Part shown: positions 48,245 to 55,834 of the stretch, piece by piece | Position numbering within the stretch: position 1 is the stretch's first letter | Layout: the number at the start of each line of letters is the position of its first letter | Assembly (NCBI GenBank): GCA_002715965.1 | Contig: PBAL01000085.1 | Span: 905 to 64,904, forward strand | DNA length: 64,000 bases | Direction: 5' to 3' | From: Verrucomicrobiales bacterium | Lineage (GTDB): Bacteria > Verrucomicrobiota > Verrucomicrobiia > Limisphaerales > JAYPXF01 | Made by a program: the position numbers and the translations under genes | Notes under the pieces: model-generated | What the model saw: only the letters and a program-made list of their open reading frames with translations | What the model was told of the DNA's origin: nothing | Database searches by the model: none

Positions 48245-49081
48245 CTAACGACCAATCAAACGCAATCCAGCCGGGCTGATATTGGTGCCAATCGTGAACT
48301 CCCTCAGATTCGTCAGTCCCGCCAGATTCGTCATGTAGGCGTCGGACATCGAAGTGTCATGAATGTCCAAAGCAGTGAGCCAGTGCATCGTTCCAATGTA
48401 CCGGGACAGACTCGGATCAAACTTCGTCCCGCTCAGTTTCAATTCGCGAATCTGTGAGAGCGACTGGATCAATTCGAGTTCTTCTTCACCGAGCTTCGCC
48501 CAGCTGATGGACAAGGAGTGGAGCCGTGGAAACGCGCGAAGTTCCTTCAGGGTTTCCGAGGTGACCTCGTAATGGAACTCGACCTTTTGAATTCGTCCCG
48601 CGGAGGCAATCGTGTTCCAGCTGTCCGGTGGAATCTCATCGGTGAGCACCAAGGTGTCCAAAAATGCCGGTGCGAGCATCGTCTTCAGATGGCTTGCTGC
48701 AATCGCGTTCGTGCCGGTCAATTCCAACGTGGTGGGCACGGGAGGAAAGAAGCTTTGCAACAGGCGCCAGGTAGCCTGGTGTCCCGATGTCCGGACCCAA
48801 TTCTTCAACGCGCCGATCGTTTCGCTGCGTTCGGCAGCAACGAACCTGCCACCATTCTTGCGCGCGACTTCCCCCGCCTTTGCCGCAATCTTGAAATGGT
48901 GAACGGTCGACAGCAGGTAGATGCAGATCGCCCCAAGCACGATCAGGATCACAATCGTATAGAACCAGTCCGCGATGGTGCTGCTTTGGGATTCCTTGCT
49001 CTTCTCCGTCTCGTCCACGTTGGAAGAGTCAGACGCTGACCAACGCCTGTCTAGTGAATTGGGGCATTCGATCCGCGACAC
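48245..49081 (-). CDS. Membrane-anchored leucine-rich-repeat protein
   Basis: One TM helix (FYTIVILIVLGAICIYLL). C-terminal LRR-like units: LHSLSISWAKL, IRELKLSGTKF, LTALDIHDTSM and LREFTIGTNIS. GTG start. Confidence 0.65.
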   Translation of the reverse strand: MSRIECPNSLDRRWSASDSSNVDETEKSKESQSSTIADWFYTIVILIVLGAICIYLLSTVHHFKIAAKAGEVARKNGGRFVAAERSETIGALKNWVRTSGHQATWRLLQSFFPPVPTTLELTGTNAIAASHLKTMLAPAFLDTLVLTDEIPPDSWNTIASAGRIQKVEFHYEVTSETLKELRAFPRLHSLSISWAKLGEEELELIQSLSQIRELKLSGTKFDPSLSRYIGTMHWLTALDIHDTSMSDAYMTNLAGLTNLREFTIGTNISPAGLRLIGR

Positions 49082-49165
49082 GTCGTTGTCGTAATGATTT
49101 CGTAATGTGGAAGTGGCAAGATTGATTTCGACCCAACTGAGAATTACAAACCGTTTAAGAAAATC

Positions 49166-49621
49166 ATGAAAATCAAACTCCTATTCGTATTCGCAATCGC
49201 CGGTCTCTTTCTGGTCGCCGATACTCAGGCACAAGGATTTCGCAAAGGCAGCAAGGGCGGCAAAGGTGGGGAAGGCGGTTTCCAACGCCGAGGTGGACAA
49301 GGCGGGCGTCCCAGCATGATGAGTTTCATGCCTGTGCTCGTCGCACTCGATGCTGACAAGGACGGAAAGATATCCGCCGAGGAAATTGAGAATGCAGCTG
49401 CCGCGTTGAAAAAGCTGGACAAGAACAAGGATGGCGAACTCACCGAAGACGAAGTGCGCCCGAGCTTCGGCAGGGGCGGTCCCGGTGGCGGTCGCCCCGG
49501 CATGCAGGGCCGGGGTAACCGGGGTCCCGGTGGCTTTCAGGGTCGCGAAGGAAAGAAGCGTCCAGGCAGTTCTTCAAGCCAGGGCACACGCCAACCCAAA
49601 CGTCCGGATTTCGAAAACTGA
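49166..49621 (+). CDS. Secreted EF-hand calcium-binding protein with Gly/Arg-rich flanks
   Basis: Signal peptide. Two canonical EF loops: [12 protein letters not shown] and [12 protein letters not shown]. Confidence 0.8.
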   Translation: MKIKLLFVFAIAGLFLVADTQAQGFRKGSKGGKGGEGGFQRRGGQGGRPSMMSFMPVLVALDADKDGKISAEEIENAAAALKKLDKNKDGELTEDEVRPSFGRGGPGGGRPGMQGRGNRGPGGFQGREGKKRPGSSSSQGTRQPKRPDFEN

Positions 49622-49643
49622 TTTGCTCACACATCACTGCTCC

Positions 49644-49674
49644 GGGGCGACGAGAATTCGTCGCCCCTTTTTTT
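49644..49674 (+). terminator. Rho-independent terminator
   Basis: GGGGCGACGA-GAAT-TCGTCGCCCC (10-bp perfect stem) followed by seven T, 23 nt after the stop codon. Confidence 0.85.
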
Positions 49675-49753
49675 GTGTTCAACCCAATTGCGTTGAACAC
49701 GTTGCCAAGGTCATGCTGGAAAAATCCCCGCCTATCATTAAGAGTCGCCTTCG

Positions 49754-51943
49754 ATGCGTCTTCCTCACCTCTGGATCGTGCTGATCATCCTGAACACTGC
49801 ATCGATTGCGATGAGTGCTCCGGTCGTGGGGGGCCTGACCGGTAACGGGGCGAATAATGAACGCCTAAGGGGATTGACACTTCTGTCCGAATTGAATTGC
49901 ACGGCCTGCCACGAGACCAATCTCGATCTTCCACTGCGCAAACGTGGGCCGGAGCTGGATCTGTTGGGAGAGCGCTTCGTCTTGGATCACATCCTCAAGT
50001 TTGTCACCAGCCCGCACGACGTGAAGCCGGGCACGGTGATGCCTGACGTTCTGGGTCACTTGTCGGAACAACGCAAACTTGAGGTGGTCAGTGCGATCAT
50101 GGGGCACCTGGTCGGCCAACCGAATCACACAACCACTCGCAGAAAGATCGAACGAGGAGATCCCCGGGAGGGTGAAAAACTGTTTGGAACCATAGGGTGC
50201 ATCGCCTGCCACCGTGCGGCAACAGACGATGAAGGCGTCCCTCTGGGTTCCCCCGGTCAACATCGTAGACTGGTTGAGTTTCTGAAGAACCCGCTTCGTC
50301 ATCGCCCGAGCGGGCGGATGCCGGACATGGGCCTGACTCACTTTGAAGCAGTCGACCTGGCCGCGTATCTACGGCGCCGAGATCGCACGCCCGGGCGCAT
50401 GATTATTCTGGAACGAGCTCCCGCGGAGATTGGGCGCAAATACTTTTCTGTGTTTGGTTGTGTTCAATGTCACAATCGACCAGATGCCGATCGAAAATCT
50501 TACGCGCCTTTGAGCGAACTGCGTGTCGACCAAGGCTGTCTGTCCGGTAAACGCGGTGCGTGGCCGCAGTACGAACTAAGCCAATCGCAGACAGCCGAAC
50601 TGAAGACGGCACTCGAACTGCACTCGAAGCCACTCACCGAAACGCAGGAAATCGATCTCCGCCTGACGCAATTGAACTGCCTTGCATGTCATCAACGTGG
50701 AGAAATTGGCGGGCCCAGCGACGCAAAGAATCCACACTTCACCGGCAACGATTCGAACCTTGGCGACCAGGGACGCATCCCTCCCCCGCTCACCGGCGCA
50801 GGCGCGAAACTCAATCCTGATTGGATGCGCAAGGCCTTGGCGAAAGGCGAATCCGTTCGCCCCTATCTGCACACGCGCATGCCCGCCTTTGGAGAGACCA
50901 ACGTTGCGCCCCTGATCAAACTGTTTTCCGAAGTGGACAAATCGGATCCGATCCAAATCGAACGAGTGAAAGACGCCAAACAGGCAAAGAACAATGGCGG
51001 GAAACTGGTCGGCAATCGTGGAGGACTCAACTGCGTTGCCTGCCACACCTGGCGGCTCGAAAGTGCGGCTCCGATCAAGGCACTGGATCTAACCACCATT
51101 ACCGAACGCCTCCGAGAGAACTGGTTTCACCGATACATGCGCAATCCCCAGCACTATCAACCACTCACCATCATGCCTGCCTACTGGCCCGATGGGAAAG
51201 CAACGCTCAAGACGGTCCTCGACGGAAACACTTCCCAGCAGATCGATGCGATCTGGCAATACCTCTCCTACGGCCGCAACGTCCGCGCGCCCGCTGGCAT
51301 TGTCCGCGAACCGATGCAGATCTTTGTCCGCGACGAAACGGTGATGCTGCGCCGAAACTATCAAGGGATTGGAAGGCGAGGCATCGGCGTCGGTTATCCG
51401 GCCAAGGTAAACCTCGCCTTCGACGCCGGGCAAATGCGCCTGGGGGCCATTTGGCGTGGTGATTTCATTGAAGCGTCGGCTGCATTTCGCGGGCAAGGCT
51501 CAGGCGCTGTTCACATGATGAGCCGGAACGTGATTCGTTTTCCGGAAGGCGCGGCGTTCGCGGTGCTGAACAGCGCGGAGCAAGCCTGGCCCACCAACGT
51601 CGCCCGTCGATTGCCCGGGTTTCAGTTCAAGGGATACATCCTCGATGATTTGCAGCGCCCCACCTTCGCTTACGAATTCAAAGGCTCGCAAATCACGGAC
51701 CGGTTCGTGGATCGGAAGGAGAGTAACGGCTACTTCAAACGAGATATCAAAGTGATCGATCCGCCCGATGGCTTGCACTTCCGAGCCGCCACGGGCGGTA
51801 AACTGGAACGAGTTGATGAAAGAACTGTTCGAGTGGGACGAACGTTGCAGATTCAATTTCCATCCGAGCCGATCATCCGCCGAAAAGAACTTCTCTTTGA
51901 CCTCACCGGAACTACGGAACTGAAACTTGAGTATCGCTGGTGA
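49754..51943 (+). CDS. Multi-heme c-type cytochrome (five CxxCH motifs) with large C-terminal domain
   Basis: CTACH, CIACH, CVQCH, CLACH and CVACH motifs in the first about 430 aa. Signal peptide. Confidence 0.8.
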   Translation: MRLPHLWIVLIILNTASIAMSAPVVGGLTGNGANNERLRGLTLLSELNCTACHETNLDLPLRKRGPELDLLGERFVLDHILKFVTSPHDVKPGTVMPDVLGHLSEQRKLEVVSAIMGHLVGQPNHTTTRRKIERGDPREGEKLFGTIGCIACHRAATDDEGVPLGSPGQHRRLVEFLKNPLRHRPSGRMPDMGLTHFEAVDLAAYLRRRDRTPGRMIILERAPAEIGRKYFSVFGCVQCHNRPDADRKSYAPLSELRVDQGCLSGKRGAWPQYELSQSQTAELKTALELHSKPLTETQEIDLRLTQLNCLACHQRGEIGGPSDAKNPHFTGNDSNLGDQGRIPPPLTGAGAKLNPDWMRKALAKGESVRPYLHTRMPAFGETNVAPLIKLFSEVDKSDPIQIERVKDAKQAKNNGGKLVGNRGGLNCVACHTWRLESAAPIKALDLTTITERLRENWFHRYMRNPQHYQPLTIMPAYWPDGKATLKTVLDGNTSQQIDAIWQYLSYGRNVRAPAGIVREPMQIFVRDETVMLRRNYQGIGRRGIGVGYPAKVNLAFDAGQMRLGAIWRGDFIEASAAFRGQGSGAVHMMSRNVIRFPEGAAFAVLNSAEQAWPTNVARRLPGFQFKGYILDDLQRPTFAYEFKGSQITDRFVDRKESNGYFKRDIKVIDPPDGLHFRAATGGKLERVDERTVRVGRTLQIQFPSEPIIRRKELLFDLTGTTELKLEYRW

Positions 51944-51944
51944 C

Positions 51945-53447
51945 ATGAAACTCGATTTCTCTTCACGTTTTTGTAGTTACGCAATTTGGGCGTTCCTCGT
52001 CGCCCCTGGTACTGAGCCGGCTGTATCACAAGAACTCGGCACGGAGTGGGGCACTGAAGAACGCGAGGCCCCCTACTACCATATCGTCGAACTCCCCGTG
52101 CCGGATGGCATCCACATCGAAGCCGGTTCATTCGCGGATCTTCCCGATGGCCGCATCGCAATCGGCACGCGACGCGGGAATATCTGGCTGATGAGCGGTG
52201 GACACGTAGAGCATCCGCGACCGAAGTTCGAAAAGTTTGCGTCCGGACTCGATGAAGTGCTCGGACTGGACTATCGCGACGGTGCGTTCTACGTCACCCA
52301 ACAGACAGAGGTGTCTCGAATTCGCGATACAAATGGAGACGGTCGGGCCGACCGATTCGAAACGCTTAGCGACAACTGGGGGTTCAACAACTATCACGAA
52401 TTCGCAGTGGGTTCTAAACTCGACGCAGAAGGAAACACCTGGGTCGCCCTCTGCCTGTCGAAGTCCTACTACTCCACGGAACTATTCCGTGGCTGGGCGC
52501 TCAAGATCACTCCCGACGGAAAGACGATCCCCATTGCCAGCGGAATTCGCAGCCCACTTGGCGTCGGTCAAAACGCCCAAGGCGTGATGATTTACGCAGA
52601 AAGCCAGGGACCGTGGAACGGATCATGTTCGCTCAAGCACCTGAAGCCGGGCGGCTTCATGGGGCATCCGGTGAGTTTCAACTGGTATGAACAAGCACCC
52701 AACATGGGTTCCGTCCCGGTCAAGCCGAACACGCCTTCCCGCATGGAAATTGAACGCAAGCGCGTGAAGGAATTGGTTCCCTATGCCGTGGTCTTCCCCT
52801 ACCGAAAAATGGGGCAGTCCATCTCCGGCTTCGTGGTCGACCGGACCGAGGGCGGCTTTGGCCCCTTCGAAGACCAGATCTTTATCGGCGACTACTCACT
52901 CAGCATCGTGATGCGCGCGACGATGGAGAACGTCAACGGAGTGTGGCAGGGCGCGTGTTATCCTTTTCGCGAAGGACTGGCCACCGGAATCCTCAACGTC
53001 CACTTCACAAAGAACAAACAACTCCTCACGGGCGGAACCAATCGCGGCTGGCCCGTTCGCGGTGCTCGTAACAACGTTCTCCAACGCATCGACTGGACCG
53101 GGAAAACGCCATTCGAATTGAAGGAGATCAACGCTTTGAAAAACGGATTTCGCCTTACCTTCACCAAGCCGTTGGACCGAAAAGAAGCGCGCAAACAGTG
53201 GTCCTATCACATTGAGACATTCACGCATATTTATCGTCAGGGTTACGGAAGCCCGGAAGTGGACCAGACAACAGCAACCGTAAGCCGAGCCAGCGTCAGT
53301 GAAGACGGGATGAAAGTTGATCTCGATGTGCTTGGAATGGTCCAAGGCCATGTCCACGAATTCACATTGCGTGGAGTCACTGACGCCGAGGGGAACGTCC
53401 CCATCCATCAGAAAGCCTACTACACGCTGAACGAGATCCCGAAGTAA
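51945..53447 (+). CDS. Beta-propeller protein resembling soluble quinoprotein / membrane-bound dehydrogenase-domain proteins
   Basis: The ATG lies 1 nt after the upstream stop. DTNGDGRADRFETL and repeated blade-like segments are similar in style to the N-terminus of the 19947..22883 protein. Confidence 0.65.
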   Translation: MKLDFSSRFCSYAIWAFLVAPGTEPAVSQELGTEWGTEEREAPYYHIVELPVPDGIHIEAGSFADLPDGRIAIGTRRGNIWLMSGGHVEHPRPKFEKFASGLDEVLGLDYRDGAFYVTQQTEVSRIRDTNGDGRADRFETLSDNWGFNNYHEFAVGSKLDAEGNTWVALCLSKSYYSTELFRGWALKITPDGKTIPIASGIRSPLGVGQNAQGVMIYAESQGPWNGSCSLKHLKPGGFMGHPVSFNWYEQAPNMGSVPVKPNTPSRMEIERKRVKELVPYAVVFPYRKMGQSISGFVVDRTEGGFGPFEDQIFIGDYSLSIVMRATMENVNGVWQGACYPFREGLATGILNVHFTKNKQLLTGGTNRGWPVRGARNNVLQRIDWTGKTPFELKEINALKNGFRLTFTKPLDRKEARKQWSYHIETFTHIYRQGYGSPEVDQTTATVSRASVSEDGMKVDLDVLGMVQGHVHEFTLRGVTDAEGNVPIHQKAYYTLNEIPK

Positions 53448-53470
53448 CGGCGCGATTGGCGGCCCATGGA

Positions 53471-54934
53471 TCAACGGCTGACGGAACGCCCGCTCTCCTG
53501 ATACTCCTTTAACTTCGCCTTCATTTTCTCGACCACGGCCGGATAAGCGCTTGCGACGTTGCTGGATTCTTTCTGGTCCACCTTCAGGTCGAACAGTTGA
53601 TCGGTTTTTCCCGGGACCAGTTTCCATCTCCCATTGCGAATCGCGAAATCCCCTCCGTAGTCGTGATTCACCACCCACGAATGTTCCGGCGTTCGTTCCT
53701 CACCAAGCAAGAGTGGGAGGATGTTGTTGCTGTCTTCCGCAGCGTTCTCCGGAAGCACCACACTGGTGATTGCGGCCGCGGTCGCCATGAAATCATTCAG
53801 GCAGATGGTTTGATCGCAGCTTGAACCCGCAGCGATCCGTGCCGGCCAACGAACAATGAAAGGGACCCGATGACCACCTTCGTGGATTTGTCCCTTCCAG
53901 CCCTTAAACTGAACACGCAGATTGATGCCATGAGATTCCAACTTCTTGAAGTTCGCCACACCGGAGGTGCCATTGTCCGTGGTAAAGATCAGGATCGTGT
54001 TTCGAGCTTCCCCTGACTTCTCAAGTGCGTTCATCACCTCGCCAACCACCCAATCCGTTTCCGTCACGAAGTCCACGTATTTCGTCAGGCCACTCCTGCC
54101 CTTGAAACGCTTGCTGGGTGCAATGGGTGTGTGCGGTGATGTCAGCGGAAGGTAGAGGAAAAACGGCTTGTCGGATTTGGCTTGTTCTTCGATCCACTCC
54201 ACGGATTTCTCCGCAAGTCCGACCAGGATATCTTCAAGTTTCCAACCCGGCTTCATGGGACCAGGATGACCGAAGATCGTATCTGGCTTGGGCACGGATG
54301 GAACGCCCAACAGTCGATCGTTTTCAATCCACAGGTAAGGCGGGAAATTTGGCACATCGACGCCGAAGTAGTAATCGAACCCATGCTGGATCGGTCCGTC
54401 TGCGATCGGCTTGGTGAAATCAATGCGCGCTTCAGCGGCTTTGCAGCGATCAGCTGCGCCTGGTTGTTTCTTGAAGAATGAATCGTGTCGGCGAACGTCC
54501 GCGTTCGCCACCTTCCCTTCCTTGTCGAGCCAGGTCATGCCGAGGTGCCACTTGCCGACCATCCCGGTTGAATAACCCCTGTCCTGCAACATCTCCGCCA
54601 CAGTCAGGCGTTTTCGCTCAATCAACGGACGTCCCCATTCCCAAAGCACCTGACTCTTCAAATCTGTGCGCCAGCAATACCGCCCGGTCAAAATGCCGTA
54701 TCGAGTGGGGGTGCAAACAGCAGATCCGGAATGCGCGTCGGTAAAGTTCATCCCTTCGCTGACGAGCTTGTCGATGAATGGCGTCTTGAGCGGGCCGATA
54801 TCTGGATTCAACGCGGACACCGAGTCGTAGCTCATGTCATCCGCGAGGATGAAGACGATATTGGGAAGTTTTGGTGCCGCGCTGCCGCCCGATATCGAGC
54901 AGAGAATCAGCACGGCAATGAAGAGCCGTTTCAT
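53471..54934 (-). CDS. Formylglycine-dependent sulfatase (arylsulfatase)
   Basis: Signal peptide MKRLFIAVLILCSISGGSA. PNIVFILADDM and the CTPTRYGILTGR (CxPxR) motif. Confidence 0.9.
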   Translation of the reverse strand: MKRLFIAVLILCSISGGSAAPKLPNIVFILADDMSYDSVSALNPDIGPLKTPFIDKLVSEGMNFTDAHSGSAVCTPTRYGILTGRYCWRTDLKSQVLWEWGRPLIERKRLTVAEMLQDRGYSTGMVGKWHLGMTWLDKEGKVANADVRRHDSFFKKQPGAADRCKAAEARIDFTKPIADGPIQHGFDYYFGVDVPNFPPYLWIENDRLLGVPSVPKPDTIFGHPGPMKPGWKLEDILVGLAEKSVEWIEEQAKSDKPFFLYLPLTSPHTPIAPSKRFKGRSGLTKYVDFVTETDWVVGEVMNALEKSGEARNTILIFTTDNGTSGVANFKKLESHGINLRVQFKGWKGQIHEGGHRVPFIVRWPARIAAGSSCDQTICLNDFMATAAAITSVVLPENAAEDSNNILPLLLGEERTPEHSWVVNHDYGGDFAIRNGRWKLVPGKTDQLFDLKVDQKESSNVASAYPAVVEKMKAKLKEYQESGRSVSR

Positions 54935-55034
54935 CGGCAAGTCGTAGCAACCCGAGCCAAGGCGCTCAAGCACCTGTTCCGAAACTTGAGTGAGTGTTGG
55001 GAATGAAATCGGACAGATGTCCAATTTCCAGGAA

Positions 55035-55730
55035 TCACTTAAACTTCTGCAAGGCCGTCATCGCGTTGGCGATTCGGGTCCGCATCGTTTCGTACTTCTT
55101 CAGGTTTTCCTCGTTTCGGGGCGGATTCGTTCCGATCCATTTATCCAAGGCAGTGCTGGCTTCACGATACTCCGTGGCCGCAGCCTGGAGCGGCTTGCCT
55201 TTCCCGGGGTTGGCCTTGACGTAGGCTGCCACGGACCGGGCACTGAAACGCGTCGCGTCCTTAAACTCCTTGGCGAACGATTTTGGAGTCTTCTCACGCC
55301 CCGCACCGAGCATTCCCAGGAGCGTGCTCCCATCACTGTCCATCACCACAAAGGTCGGATATCCGCGCACGCCGAATTTCTGCTGTAGTGTCTGATTCCG
55401 TAGTTTGTATTTCTTGGGCACCTTCGACTCGTTGCGCGGAAAATCGATCGTAATGAGCACTGCGTTCGTGGCCGCAAATTTCTTCCACTCACTCTTGGCG
55501 AACACGTTTTTGTCCATGTGAATACACCAGTGACACCAATCGGATCCGGTGAAGTTCATCATGATGGGAAGATCTTTCTTCTTGGCGAGCTTGAGAGCGG
55601 CATCGTAATCCTGCGTCCATTCGCCAACCTTTGCTCCTTCGACAGCTCCATCCGCCTGAACGGACTGCAGGGACAACAGTGCGCCGCAAAGAACAGCGAC
55701 AGCAAAGTCTAATGATATGTTCGTCTTCAT
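55035..55730 (-). CDS. Exported thioredoxin-fold protein (WCHWC active site)
   Basis: Signal peptide. PIMMNFTGSDWCHWCIHMDKNVF is a CxxC thioredoxin-like motif. Confidence 0.75.
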   Translation of the reverse strand: MKTNISLDFAVAVLCGALLSLQSVQADGAVEGAKVGEWTQDYDAALKLAKKKDLPIMMNFTGSDWCHWCIHMDKNVFAKSEWKKFAATNAVLITIDFPRNESKVPKKYKLRNQTLQQKFGVRGYPTFVVMDSDGSTLLGMLGAGREKTPKSFAKEFKDATRFSARSVAAYVKANPGKGKPLQAAATEYREASTALDKWIGTNPPRNEENLKKYETMRTRIANAMTALQKFK

Positions 55731-55834
55731 GTTGATCTGAGGCGCGAAACTGAAACAAATTCCAGCGCGAATTGCGAACGCATTGGTTCAACCGAAACCA
55801 ATCCACCAAAGCGTCCTTTGTGAATGACATTCGG

